From: Vicugna vicugna | Taxonomy: Eukaryota | Length of the DNA stretch: 64,000 bases | NCBI GenBank assembly: GCA_013265495.1 | Contig: MU058636.1 | Coordinates: forward strand, 10,143,066-10,207,065 | Direction of reading: 5' to 3' | Shown here: piece by piece, positions 12,633 through 25,610 of the stretch | Layout of the letters: each line of letters opens with the position of its first letter | How positions within the stretch are numbered: the first letter of the stretch is position 1 | Translations under genes and position numbers: made by a program | Notes under the pieces: model-generated | What the model was told of the DNA's origin: nothing | What the model saw: the letters and a program-made list of their open reading frames with translations, nothing else | The model's database searches: none

Positions 12633-13949
12633 TTCCAGCAGCATGAAAATACACCATCTGAGGGACAGGTGAAGTACTTTTCTCTAACCATTTCACTCTC
12701 GACTCTGTGCATAGCTTGCAGCTGTGCTCGCCAACGACAGCACTTAATGACGATTCTTAGATTTCTGCTCCCAGTGCTTCTCCTGCGCTGTGAAATCTGA
12801 CGGAGTTGGGATTCCCCTGGGCAGCTCACCGACCTCCTGCCTGCAGGACACTGTGTGGATGTGAGGAGCACGGCCAGGGATTCTCACCTATAGAGAAACA
12901 GCCTCCCTGGGGCCAGCACTGCCTACACCCAGAGCTCGCCAGCCTAGAAATTCTCTGTTTCAGGGAGCGGATCTAGCGGTTTTCCGTGGGCTCCCAAGGA
13001 GGAGCCTCCTGACGAGGAACCTTGCAGTGTGCTCAGTGTTCACACATCAGGGGTGCATGATGCCCAGATACAAAGGCAGCCTCTGGCATTCAGGGTGACA
13101 CCTGTTGGCAGCAGCATCCCAGAGCACTGAAAATGGCTTCTGTGGACCAGAAGGTAGTCTACTCTGAGAAGCTCTTCTCCACTGTGCCCACTGGTGTAGG
13201 GCACCAAGTCAGGGCCCAGGCAGCACCCACAGAGACATCACACGAGGCACCCTGACTCCCTTTCCTTTCTCCATCTCCCCCCACACCCTGTGATCTGTGA
13301 GCTCAAAGAAGATTGTTGTGGGTCTGCCACATTGGCCAGCCTTTTAATTTATTTTTATTTGTGAGGCTGAGTTTCGTAATGTCATTTTCCAAGTCAGAAT
13401 CAGGAAATATGAAATTCCCAGGGCTTACTGGCCTGCCATCACACAGGAAATCTGTACATCCATTAGCCATTCAGTTTATCAGTCAATGAACGCACAACAG
13501 TGATTGAATGAGCGCCAATAAGATGATGAGCTAATCAGACGAGTTGCTGCTTCCTCCCCTAAATCAAATTCTGAGATACTACAGGAGCAGGAAGGAATTT
13601 GGTGAACCCCAAGACCTGACATTACAACTGTAAGACTCACCCGAGACATATAATGTGGTTGGGTTACCACGTGGAAGAGAAATGGCATCATAGATTGGAG
13701 GAGAGTGAGGGCTATGGCTTAGCATGAGGAGTGGGGAAAGTATTGTCTGCCTTTTCTTTTCCCAATATTGTCCTGGAAAGATCAGTATCTTCCCCATCAT
13801 CAAAGTGGAATAGAAAAGCAGCAAGGCCAGCCCAGCCAGTGCCCACTAGAATTGAAGGGTGACATGAGAGCAGCCCAAGGTAGAGAGAAGAGCATTCCCT
13901 GAGAGGCAAGTTTACCCGGTTGGGGAAGTACAAATAGACAGAGCGCCCC

Positions 13950-16150
13950 TGAAATATTTTCAATGAAATGCGATTCACAGGGGGAAATAATGAGCCATTA
14001 AATAAGAACAGCAGCTCACTGAACAATCTATACCAAAGGAAGCCGATGTAACGAACACAGGCAAAGAATCTTTAAAAAGCACAGTAAATATCTCAAAGAG
14101 ATGAGAGGATATTGAAATTAATATTGATATTGAAGGAGCAGGTAGTTCTAATTTTAAAAAATGAAGGAGCTAATAGGTGTGTCAATCAGGGTTCTTCAGA
14201 GAAACAGATCAGTAAGAGACAGAGACAAGGCTAGGAATGGGGTAGACCAGCGGGCTGGAAACTCAGACACGCGTTAAAGTCATCTCTTTGACTTTAGAAT
14301 CTGTAAAGCCATAAGGCAGGCTAGAAACTCAGGCAGGATTTCTACGACACAATCTTGAGACAGAATTTCTTCTCTGGGAAACCTCAGTTTTTGTTCTAAA
14401 GTCCTTCACTTGACTGGATATCAAAGTTGTAGAGGATAATCATCTTTACGTAAAGTCAACTGACTGTTGCACAGGATACCTTCACAGCCACATCTAGACT
14501 AATGTTCAACCAAGCAACTGGGCACCGTAGCCTGACCAAGTTGACACATAATTCACCATGACACTGGGGATGAAAATATTTTATATAAGATGAAGAGCTC
14601 AATAAATGGATTGAATAGCAGCCAAGGAACAAATTAATGAGCCAGAAGAATAAGTCCAGGGGCAGCCCTCAGAAAGGACAGAGATGGAAAGTCATAACGT
14701 AAATTTAGGAGATATGGAGGGTACAAGCAGAATAGCCAATACTCGTGCAGTAGGAGTTCCTAGTAGAGAGAGAAAGAAAATGAAAGGGAGGAAATATCTG
14801 AAGAAGTTATTCCTAAATATTTCCCAAAACTGAAATTAAGTCATAACGTCACAGAAGCAGGCTCTCCTGCAACGCCAACTGGGTTAAATGAGAAAAAACT
14901 CACACCTGGACATGAAATTTAAGGCATCAAAGGCCAAGAGAAAATTCCAACAGATTCTGAGAGTAAAAGTGGGTTATATCCAAAGCGAGAAGAATCAGAT
15001 TCACAAAAAATTCCTCATCAAAACCCCCAGAAGACACAGAAGCACTATTTTCAAAGTATTAAAGAAAAGAATTTCAAATCCAGAGTTTCATATCTGCAAA
15101 CTACCATTTAAGGATGAAGTAAAGACAGTCTCAGGAACACAAAGACTTAAACGTGTAACCACAAAAAGATCCTCTTTGAAAATACTCCTGAAAGAAGTAC
15201 TCCAGCAAGAAAAGGATTAAATAGTGATAACACTATGCATTTATGTTCAGTTTTAAATTGTCAAGGATACATGCTGTTATCTCTAGAGTAAGCATTAACA
15301 ATAGTAAAACAATGTGTAAGTTATAAACAATAGTAAAAGAATGTATAAGCTAATAGAGGAGAGAAAAGAATGTTTTATAAAAAAAAATTATGTCAAAGAG
15401 AAGGCAAACAAGGAGAGAAAAGAAACATGGAGAAGGTAAAACACATTGCCAAGCAAATAGGAAGATGGTATTTCTGATCCCAACTATACTGCAATTACAT
15501 TAAATGCAGTTGACTAAACACTTCAGTTGAAAGACTGAGAAATCAAAACAAAACCCAATTATAGGCTGCTTACAAAAGACTTACTTTAAATATATAGAAA
15601 TAGAAGTGCCAAGAGTAAAAGGATGAAAAAGATACACCACACAAACATTAACCCAAGAAAGCTGATGTATCTACATCAATATTAGAAAATAAAGGCTTTA
15701 AGGAAAGGAGCACTTACAGAAAAAGAGACATTTCATAATCACAAAAACTTCTATCTACTAGGAAGATAGAGCAATTCTAAATTTCTAAGCACTTAACATC
15801 ACAGTCTCAGAATATATAAAACAAAAGGACAAAAACTTTATTTAAAAAATCATAGACATTGTAGATTTTAACACATTTCTCCAAGCAAACATAAAATCAA
15901 TGAAAATGTAAAAAAATATGAACCACATAATAAACTTGACCTGAGACATATTAAACACTATACCCAACAACTGCAGAATATATACTCTTTTGAAATATGC
16001 ATGAGAAATTTATTAAAATAGATGATATCTGAGTCCATAAAGCAAGCCTCAGCAAATCTGATAGAGCTGAAATCTTACAGTGCATTTTAATTAATCAATA
16101 ACAGAAAGGTAGTCAGAAAAACCTCTAAATGCTTGGGAATTAACCACCAC
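13950..16150 (+). mobile_element. Decayed old L1 with ORF1 remnant and 5' part of ORF2 (endonuclease region)
   Basis: ORF 14888-15220 ends FKVLKKRISNPEFHICKLPFKDEVKTVSGTQRLKRVTTKRSSLKILLKEVLQ, resembling the L1 ORF1p C-terminus; downstream caattacattaaatgcagttgactaaacac and ctatacccaacaactgcagaatatatactctttt match ORF2 5' motifs; many stops and frameshifts. Confidence 0.85.
14178..14563 (-). mobile_element. MLT2 (ERVL) solo LTR nested in the L1
   Basis: tgtgtcaatcagggttcttcagagaaacaga ... ccaagttgacacataattcaccatgaca; TG...CA termini. Confidence 0.88.
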
Positions 16151-16514
16151 ACATACATAATCCAAACACTATTCTTCAAATACACATGCATATCTAAGGA
16201 CTCAAACAACAAACTAGAGTGTGTGCCATGCAGCAGGGAGCAGGAGATGAGAAAATAAGAGGAAAGAAAAACCAAAACATTACAAAGAGAGAGGCCTTGC
16301 CCAGAATGATGATTTTAGCGAATCATGACTCAAGAAGTATATTGAATTCAACTCTGTACACTAGAGGTCAAAAATTAAACAAATAAATTGTTGTATAAAA
16401 CACTAACATTTAGAAATCAGAAAAACTGAATGCGAGTACATTCTAGATTTACTAAGTCAGTCTTTGGGCCTCATATTTGATAGACAAAAATACTACTGTT
16501 AATTAACAGTCCTT

Positions 16515-16710
16515 GTACCTCATCCATCAGTTCAACAAGCATCCGATGAACACAAATTATGTGCCAGACGTTGTGCCAATGGTGCAGCTACAAAGTTCTA
16601 TGAGACATAGTCCCAGCTCTCAAGGCACTCACGCCTCAAGGGAGCTGATGTCATATGAAATAAACGGAGGAAATATTGTAAAGATAACCACAGAGCAAAA
16701 TGGCATGGAG
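16515..16710 (-). mobile_element. L2 3' fragment
   Basis: catcagttcaacaagcatccgatgaacacaaattatgtgccagacgttgtgc...gacatagtcccagctctcaagg. Confidence 0.7.
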
Positions 16711-17229
16711 ACAACAGGTTACCCAAAAAGTACCAGGTATTTTATCATTGATTTTGGCTTGGCTGAGCAGGACCTACTTTCTGGTCTTGGGCTTGCTCTG
16801 TAATAGGCAATTCCTTGGGGGCAGGGACAAAGGATTATTTAATTCTGCAATCCCAGGGTTTAGCAGAGTGAGAATTCATTACATTTTTGTTGAATGAATT
16901 TTGTCAAATGTAAAATGGATGACAGTTTGAGCCAGTGTTCCAAGTTCTATATTTCTACATCCAGAATCTGGGTATACAAAGAATTGGAGCCTGTGATCGG
17001 AAGTAGAATCCACAAGGAGGTGAGCATAAATAGGTGCTGGACTCCGGATGATGTCCCACCCCGACATGTAGTCATGCCTCCAGGACTTGCTGAGGATATT
17101 ACAGCCAGAGTTTGGAGAATTTCATTATCTGTAGGTCAACTCTGAAACAAACATACACAATGCTAAGAAAAAAAACCACTCCGTACCATAAAGTTCTAGA
17201 AGTTAATCTGCCCTCCAACACCTGCAGGG

Positions 17230-17365
17230 GAATGAGTGAGCTCAGATGTGCTCATCTGTAAAATGGGCAGGACAACCTCCCAGGAGGTCCCTGGAAGAAT
17301 GATCTGAGATGTGAAAGGCCTAACAGCTAGAGGTGCCCAATAAATCGTTGCTAAATGAATTTGTA
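17230..17365 (+). mobile_element. MIR SINE
   Basis: gctcatctgtaaaatgggcagg...gaggtgcccaataaatcgttg. Confidence 0.7.
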
Positions 17366-17929
17366 AAATAGTGGGCATTCTCTAAGTGTGATTTCTTCTT
17401 CTCCCTCCAGCCTCCCATCCCTCTACTTTCCCAAAAGAGGTAGGTAACTATGAAATAGAGTAATACTTTGAGGAACTTTCTTGCATAACCCTGGGGATTT
17501 TGAACTACAGAGAAAGATCACCACAGTTGTAGCAGGTAGAGGCCAACATAGAATGCCAAAGACAAAGTGATTGCTGCAGGCAAGGGCTAGGACTGAGCCA
17601 TGGAGCAAAGGAGAGAAGACTCTTGCAGCATTAGCTACAAATCAAAGGGCAGGCTTGAGGCACATGCAGTGTAGTCAGCTCCACACAGACAGGCTTATCC
17701 CCTTAGTCAAGGGATGACAACTCGATCCTGTGGGCCAAGATGCATGCCCCACATACAATCTCCACCACACCCAAGATCACTTTTTCTCTCAAGGTGAACT
17801 AGACAGCCACAGTCTCCATGCAGTTTTAAAGATCAGTAAATGACCCAGTTTCTTCAGACACAGTCAAGTAATCTCCAAAGTACTTTGCATTTATAAAATG
17901 CATCAAAGTGCATTTATTTATAGCCTGTA

Positions 17930-19010
17930 ATGAACTGGAAGTTTTGCTGGATGCTGTACAAATCAGCTTCATATTCTTGAACCCAGGCTTTGAAGAAGGA
18001 ATCTGGCTTCTGCAACCATCCCTCTATAAACATTGCCTTCTGATGGCTTCTTAAGCCCCAAACCCAGTAGACTTTTCTGAGACCTCATTGGCTTCAGCTC
18101 CTCTACAGCTCCTGCCCCTGCTCCCTCCTCTTTTCCATGGTACGAAACTTTCCTGTATTTCCTCATCATCTCTCTGATTATTTCTTCTGTTTCCATGGGT
18201 TTCTTTTCCTCTTCTGAGTCCTAAAAGGAGATGTTGCTGAGGGTCTCATTTTCTACCCTTCTCTTTTTGGTCCGCACTCTCTTCCTAGATGATTTATGAT
18301 ACCCACAGCTTCAGCACTTCTATCATTGAGTGTCTGCCTCCAAACCAGCTTTCACCCACCCTGTGGCTGGCCAATATCTCAAATTTTCATGGTTAAAGTG
18401 AAGCACACTGTATCTCCCCAATCAAATCTTCCTTCTGACTTTCGTGTTTTCCAAATTCAAATAGTATGCCAGTAAACTGACTCTCTGGTGGAGGTGGAGG
18501 AGTCCATATTTGTAGCATCTGTTGATTTCCACAGTATTTCCATATTCCCACCATGGCTACTTGCAAACTACCAACATGTAGTCACTGAATGCAGAGTCTG
18601 ATAGACACCAGTGCAAGACAGTTCCAGCAAACCACTATCCTCAAAATTTCTCACTCAAACTCTTAAAGTCACCTTTTCCCTCTCCCATGTCTTCACCAAG
18701 ACGTCTGCTCAGCTGCGAGGTACTCTTGGGTCTCTTTTAACACAGATTCTGCCCTCAGCCTCTCCCTTCCGTTTTCACCGCGGTTATCTGCCTGAGTCTG
18801 TCATTCCCTCCTGTCCTGCCCACTCCCCATCAGCCTCCTATTTGTTCTCCCCTCTTAGGCTCTTTCCATTACCTTTTCATGACTGGTGATGACTGGAAGA
18901 TTAATCTTCCTAAAGTGGATTTTCCATTGTGTTACCCCAAACCTTCAACAGTTCTTCTACTATTTACCAAATAAAACATGATCTGGCATTCAAAGCCCAA
19001 TTCCATGTGC
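17930..19010 (+). mobile_element. L2 LINE fragment interrupted by MER63A
   Basis: Pyrimidine-rich L2 body (ggagatgttgctgagggtctcattttctacccttctc...; taatcttcctaaagtggatttt...aaccttcaacagttc...ctggcattcaaagccc). Confidence 0.6.
18470..18637 (-). mobile_element. MER63A-like hAT-Blackjack element
   Basis: atttgtagcatctgttgatttcc...ttcccaccatggctacttgcaaactaccaacatgtagtcactgaatgcagag...ttccagcaaaccact. Confidence 0.7.
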
Positions 19011-19029
19011 ACTGCTTCTATCAGCATTC

Positions 19030-19475
19030 TGCATCACTGAAGATTAGGTTGCCTGTGAGTCAACTTGCAGACCCAAAACAGCAGTGGCTTTAAAAAGACA
19101 GAAGTTCATTCCCTTCTCATGTAGAACTCCAGAGGTCCAGGGCATAAGGAGTCGGTGCCACACGAAGTCCCTGAGCCCTCGTGCACTTCCAGCTCACAGT
19201 CCTGACAAGTCTGATAGACGGCCCTCATGCTCATGTTTCAAGATGGCAGCCATCACCTGAAGTTCCATGCAGCAGAATGGCAGAAGGAAGAAAGGACCAA
19301 GGGCACACACTGGATGGATTGTAGGAAGTTCCCAGAAACTGCCACAGGACGTTTCCACATAGCCCTCATTTCCCAGAACCTAGTTACACAGGCACACCCA
19401 GCTGCAAGAGATGCTGGGGGAGTAGGGGAGGCATGTGGGGATCTGGAGGGGAGACCAGACTTGGGAGAACAACTA
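19030..19475 (-). mobile_element. Old MLT1 (J/K-like) LTR
   Basis: cccaaaacagcagtggctttaaaaagacagaagttcatt...caagatggcagc...cagaacctagttacacaggcacacccagctgcaagagatgctggg. Confidence 0.75.
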
Positions 19476-19544
19476 TGTCTCTGTAAAAAGTCTCAATGTT
19501 CCCTGGAGAACTTATTTCCCATTAGGCTTCTGTGTAAACTCAAC

Positions 19545-19705
19545 AACAACAGACATCTATATAAATCTGACTATGAGCAACGCACTGCTCTCAGCGCTTT
19601 ACATGTATGAACCCATTTAATCCTGACAACAGTCCAATGAGGCAAGAACCATTATTATCCCCATTTTATAGATGGGAAAGCTAAGAACCAGAGGGATTAG
19701 GAGGT
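19545..19705 (-). mobile_element. MIR SINE
   Basis: cagcgctttacatgtat...catttaatcctgacaacag...attattatccccattttatagatgggaaagctaag. Confidence 0.85.
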
Positions 19706-20559
19706 CCAGAGATTCTCAGAAGTGCTTGGGAATGAGCACACATGGGAAGTCTGTTAAAATGTAGACTCACACACTCTGGGATAAGATGAAATTACTGAGA
19801 AAAAAATTGAGGAGTGAGATGAAGACCAAAAGTGGGACACTGCAAAACAGCAGCTACATTCACAGGCCAGATGTCGGGAACAACTGACCTCAAGACGTGG
19901 TGTGAGAGGAGGAAGGGTAGCCAAGGCAGAGTGCTGTCTCTAGGGTTCAAGAGAGGATGTTCAGACACAAGACTGCTTCTCCTGTGTCAGCAAAGGCGGT
20001 GGGAAGTGCTCGCTGGAGTTCGTGAGTTCGTGAGGGATCACTTCCGACCCTGGTGAGACGGGTTTTAGTGGCATGCTGGGGGAAGAAGCCATGACCTTCT
20101 CCTCAGATACTTTGTAAGGCCCTAAAAAAGTCTCCTCTCTCTCTCTCTATGTTGTGCCTAGGATGGGGTTTATACATAGTAACTGCTCATGCTGCTGGTT
20201 TGCCGTTGCTAAGGAGGATGAGACCATCCCCAGAAGTGCTGCCCTGAAGTCAAGGATGAAAGACGGCGGGGCTGTGAGTTGAGATTTCAGGAATGCGGGA
20301 ACAGAAGGCTCACACCGCGGTCTCAGGTAGGTAGGAAAGGTTTCATAGAGGAGGCGGCAGGCAGACAAGAGCCTCTTCCATCGGGGGAGAGAGATTCCCC
20401 AGGGGATGCCCCATGGACAGTGACCCAGTCTACACAGACGCAGGACACCACAGCTCTCAGATAATAAATACAGCTGCCCCCCTTCTTCTGCAGACACAGC
20501 TGCCAAAAAATGAAGTAATGGTTCAAGGTCACTGTGAACCCAGAGTCCACCCTGAGACG

Positions 20560-20950
20560 CTGTGCATTCATCTGCCTCCGGTCCTTCCCGTTTGGCTTCT
20601 GGGGCTGGTGGTTTTCACGGTTACAGCCACTCTCCTACGTCTTGGAGAGAAAAACGCACAGTTCCTCCCCGTTGGTCAGTGGTGGAGGGGAGACGACGAA
20701 GGCTGACTGGTGCTCCCACAGCTCCAGGAGCATTAAGATTTCCAAAGAGGAACCACTTATGCTGTCATCACCACCGCAGTCACTTCTACGGGATTTCTTT
20801 TTCCGATACAGCATTGGATGGACGGGCCTGGCCCGCGCCCGAGAGGGGAGAAGCGGGCGCTGCAGACTCTGACTCACCCCCACCCCCTCGCCCCTCCGCA
20901 GCTGCCCCTCGCTGCACTTCCTCCTCCTCCTCTGAAGTTAAAGGTCAGCC
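20560..20950. promoter_or_regulatory. Candidate CpG-rich enhancer or alternative promoter
   Basis: Non-repetitive and CpG-dense; TGACTCA 20870-20876, C-tracts 20877-20908, CACTTCCTC 20915-20923, AAAGGTCA 20940-20947. Motif evidence only. Confidence 0.4.
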
Positions 20951-23084
20951 TCTCATGCTCAGGCCAAGGTTTTTTTAAACATACACACACATGCCAAAAA
21001 AAGAAAAAAAAATTGGCTTCTGAGAGAATAAATTTTTTAACATGAAAAGAAATAAGGAAAGGCGCTCTCAAAAATATATTTAAAAATAAATAATCCTTCC
21101 CCCAAACTACTTAGTAATTCCAGAATAATAAAATGTTCCAATTGTAAATGTGTAAGGAATAAAATAAAAGGAATGAATGCCCCACTGTGTTCACGCAGGC
21201 CTCTTAAAAATGATCCTAATTTCTTCCAGAAGGCTCTGTAGGGTAATTGCAAGGTTCTCCTTAATATAGAAATATTCCAGCAGTAATATATTCACTTTTC
21301 TTCACATGTCTTGAGCGCTAGTGTGAACACAGCAATGTTTTACAGCTGACATCCTGTACATTGCTGCTCAAAAACACTCCACAATCTTGTGTTGGGCATT
21401 GGAAACGCTTGCTGCTAAGAGCAGGCATCAGCCTCAGACGACCCCACCGGGGGCCACTGCACAGAGCTTTCTCCTTGCCCCCAAATAGCCCTGCTCCTGG
21501 TAAGGGATGGGCTGCCCACTGAACCCTCAGGCCCAGGCCAGTGCCCAAGGCTCCCAGGCAAGGGTGTTAGGAAACTCTGAATCATGATGCCTCTGCGTTT
21601 AGGGTAACTTCTGCCTCCCACCCCTCTTTAGTCCCAGCCTCGGAATTTACGCAGCCGTCTTACACACCAGGAGGCCTCCGTGGGGAAGGCCTGGGAAACG
21701 GGTTGGACAGAGGTTATCACAATATTGTTCTTATTTTACCAATAAAGAAACAGAGTCTTGCAATTTAATGACCCAACTTAGGACGGACAGCGCATGGACC
21801 ACAGCCCACAGCTTCTGCATCTCACCGCCATCTGAACTTACTCCAGCTGTCCGGACAAGAAGCCGGCCCAGTGCTGAAAACGAGGACCGACCTGGTTCCA
21901 CCAGGAACGTGGGATCCTTCTCTTCCTGCCCCATGGTCCCACACTGCGCCCAAGGTCCTGACTCACACCATGGCTCCCTTTAACTTTCAGAAACTCCATC
22001 TGACCGCATGGCTGCCTGTTTCCACACCTCCTGCTCTGCCCCAGGAGAGTGACAACCTGTTGCAGACTAACGTTAACAATCTTCTCTGGACGGTTTCCAA
22101 AATCTCTTCAGCCAAACAGTCAGGGAAAGGGATGGGCCTGGTGCCCACCCAGCACCCAGCGGAGGAGACCGAGCGACCACCGGCCTCTCCCCGCAGCCCT
22201 GGGGACCACCCACGGGGCGCAGGCAACTCTGCCTCGGGAACCGACGAAACGGCTTCCAGCTATTAAAGCGCAATAGGGTGAGGGGCATCTATCACTGTGC
22301 TCTTCTTTGTGGCATTTCTCTGTAAGTGACCTTCATCCTCGGGGGGGGGGGCACAGTGTTGGAGGGAAGAACATGGGGACGGTCAAGTAAGAATGCCAGG
22401 AAAAGGAAAGATTGAAGTTGAGCTTCTAACACCCACAATAGGGTTCTCAAATGCATGGAAAGGCTTTGTCAGGAGAGAAAAGGGTTTTCGAAACCCCTTT
22501 ACCCTTCTTTCATGTTTCAAGGGGCAAGCCTGGCAAACCAGCTCGGGGAGTCCCACCTGAGGCAGGGCCTCTCCAGGAAGGTGGGCAGGTCTGATGCTTC
22601 TTGGCTGATGAACAAGAGAAGGAAGATGCAGGAGAGGCAGAAATTCGGGGTCAGAGGTGGTGAACCCCACTCCCCAAAGGCCTCCATCTCTCCAAGGGTA
22701 GGCGGCTGTAGGCGGCAGATTAGATATGGGGCTTATTTCTGGGGACCCTCTGTCACAGTCGGCCATTGTCATCTGGAGCCAGAGCAACAGCGCACAGGTG
22801 GGGTGGGAGACAGGTAGGGTGGGAGGCAGGCGGACCGACCGTTGGAGGCAGCACCCTGGTCTCCACAGCTAGTATATCGCGCGTCAGGGACCCAGAAGTT
22901 CCCTGTGCCTCCAGGGCGAGAAACAGAGTGGTGAGGGGCAGCTGGGTCGGCACAGACCTTGAACGGGATTGAGGAGCTCGCAGTGGGAAGGCTGTGAGCC
23001 CACAGCAGACAGCCATCATTGTGTGCATGAAAGTTGCCTTATTGACTACAATCCCACAGGGGTACTACCTTCAATATATAAAAA

Positions 23085-24235
23085 GCAGAATCAGACCAGC
23101 TCTCGCTGCTTCCACCAGTACCACCCAGTCTAAGCCACTCCCGCCCCTCGCCCTGACGGGGTTTCTGGCCACAGCAGCTTCCCTACTGGTCATCCTGCCT
23201 CCACTTTTGGTCCCCTGAAGTCTATTCTCCACCTTGGAGCACAGCCTGAAGGCCTTACCATGCCTGACCGGATGCTACTTGACCTGGCCTCCGCCTCCCA
23301 CCCCAGCCCCGTGTCCTGTCTGCTCACCCCCGCCCACTCCCCTTCAGTCCACCACCTCCTGCCGACCCTCAAACACACCAAGCACGCTCCCAGCACAGGC
23401 TCTCTGCACTTGCTCTTCCCTCTGCCTGGAACGTTCTCTCAGACATCCTCACGTCATGTCCTAAAAGAGGCTGTGTCTAAACCATCCCTCCCAAAAGAGC
23501 CACGTCCCCAGGCCCCTCCCCCTCCCCTTGCCCTGCTTTATTCATCTGAGTATTGATCACCCCTCCTTTTAGATTTGCGCCGCTTTTTGGTAGCAGTAAA
23601 ATACACATAATATAAAATCTACCACCTCAGACATTTTTATGTATATGGTTCAGGGGTGGTAAGGACATACACACTGTTGTGCAACCATCACCACCATCCA
23701 TCTCCGGAACACTTTTCAGCTTACAAAACTGAAACTCTGTGCCCCTGACACAACTCCCCACCTCTCTCCCTGATTCCAGCAACCACCCTTCTATTTTCTG
23801 TCTCTACGAATTTATGTGCACCTGAAGTGAGCTATTCTAGGTGCCTCATAAAAGTGAGATCACACAGTATCTGTCCTTTTGTGACTGGCTTATTTCACTT
23901 AGCATAGTGTCCTCAAGGTTCATCCACATATAGCAGGTGTCAGAATTTCCTTCCTTTCTAAGGCTGAATAATATTCCGTTGTGTGTTTATACCACCTTTG
24001 GTTCATCCATTCATCCATCAGCAGACATGGATTGCTTCCACCTTTTTGCTATTGTGAATAATGCTGCTGTGAACATGGGTGTCCAAAGATATATATCATA
24101 TTTCATATTTATTTGTTCACTGTCACATAGGTATTGTGAGAGTAAGGGCTGCGTGTTGTCCAGTGCCTGTCCTTAGCGCCAGTACAGCACCTGGCACACA
24201 CTACATGCTCAGGGGACATTTGTTGAATGACTGAC
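23085..24235 (+). mobile_element. L2 3' region split by an L1MB
   Basis: ctctgcacttgctcttccctctgcctggaacgttctc before the L1; cagcacctggcacacactacatgctcaggggacatttgttgaatgactga (L2 terminus) after it. Confidence 0.8.
23585..24092 (-). mobile_element. L1MB-like 3' end
   Basis: gttgtgcaaccatcaccaccatccatctcc...gactggcttatttcacttagcatagtgtcctcaaggttcatcc...gctattgtgaataatgctgctgtgaacatgggtgt. Confidence 0.9.
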
Positions 24236-24776
24236 AGTGGCACAATCGGGGTGTGTATCCAGGTCTGTTCCAGCTGCAGAGCTCTTGCTCTTAGCAGGAG
24301 CTGCTTTGTGCTACTCCCCAGGTCAGGATGGGCTGACCACTCTGAAGGGGGCTGTGAGGCATGGACACACTGAGGCACAATTCACAGTCCCCATTAAACC
24401 ACTATCCAGGGGAGACGGCATGTCCCAGCCCAAGGCCCTAGTCATTCTGCTGCTGGTGTCAGGAATTCACCAACTGTAGAAAGGCCAGTCCGCTAATAAA
24501 GCAGGAATCAATTAAATTTGATAGTAACTTGTGGTATTTTGATTCACTACTGCAATACCCTGTTTTATACTCTTCATAACATTTAATACTGTCTGAAATG
24601 ACCTTGTTTATTCATTCTTTCCTTGTTTATCATCTGTCCCCTTCCTTGCCCTGTAGGATGATCGAAACAATAAATGAATGAAGGAATTTATGCAACTGAT
24701 TCTTTTAGTTCTGGTTCTCATAATTCTTCTCATTATAATTTTACTTCACAGGTAGATAAGGCCCAGGCAAAGTAAT

Positions 24777-25610
24777 GCGAATACAGTACTCACTGAGCAC
24801 TAATAAAAAACTCTGTTTTTTCTCCTCTACTCTCCATCCTCTGACACCTGATATGTGGGGGTTTTCCCACCCCAAGCAATTCTCTGATATCAGCAGACAA
24901 CAAATGGGTGTCCTACAAATTCAATTCTGACACTATCTACCTGGAGATAGTATCAGATCCTACAGGTGAAGGGTTCAGCCCCACAAGACAGCTCCCTCCC
25001 CACCACTTCAGAGGCAAACTGCAAGTCCAGGTTGCTCACCTGCCCTTCTGACCAACCTGTAAACCAGGGTCCCCATCACTCCCTTCTGTAGTTTAATAAT
25101 TTGCTAGAATGGCCAACAGAGCTCAGGGAAACATTTACTGATTGACTGATCTATTATAAAAGGATACAAGTCAGGAAGGGCCAGATGGAAGAGATGCTTA
25201 GAGCAAGGTATGGAGGAAGGGGCACAGGGCTTCCTTGCTCTCTCCAGGTGCACCACCCCCCCAGCACCTCTCTGTGCTCACCAACCTGGAAGCTCGCTAA
25301 ATCTCATTGTTCAAGACTTTTTATAGATTAATCTCCAGCCTCCCTCCCTCTCCCCTTCCTGGAGGTTGTGGACAGAAGTTGAAAGGTCCAACCCTCTAAT
25401 CATTTGGTCTTTCTGATGACTTGCCCCATCTCAGACTATCTAGGGACCCGCCTGAAGTCACTTTATTAGCATAAACTCAGATGTGCTGAAAAGAGTCTTC
25501 TCATGAATACAAAAAGACAGTCCCATCGCTCAAGAAATGCCGAGTTTTAGGAGCTCTGTGCCAGGAACTGGGAGCAAAGACCAAATAAATATCTTTCTTA
25601 CTGTAGCACA
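24777..25610 (-). mobile_element. MER21-family solo LTR
   Basis: gggtgtcctacaaattcaattctgacactatctacctggagatagtatcagatcc...ttaataatttgctagaatggc...ttaggagctctgtgccaggaactggg...agaccaaata. Confidence 0.85.

Noticed and set aside
12600..12800. ORF with a signal-peptide-like poly-Leu start
   Set aside because: Produced by the (TTA/TTG)n microsatellite.
14888..15220. 110-aa basic ORF as a host gene or domesticated ORF1
   Set aside because: A fragment of a decayed L1 ORF1, surrounded by frameshifts and split upstream by MLT2.
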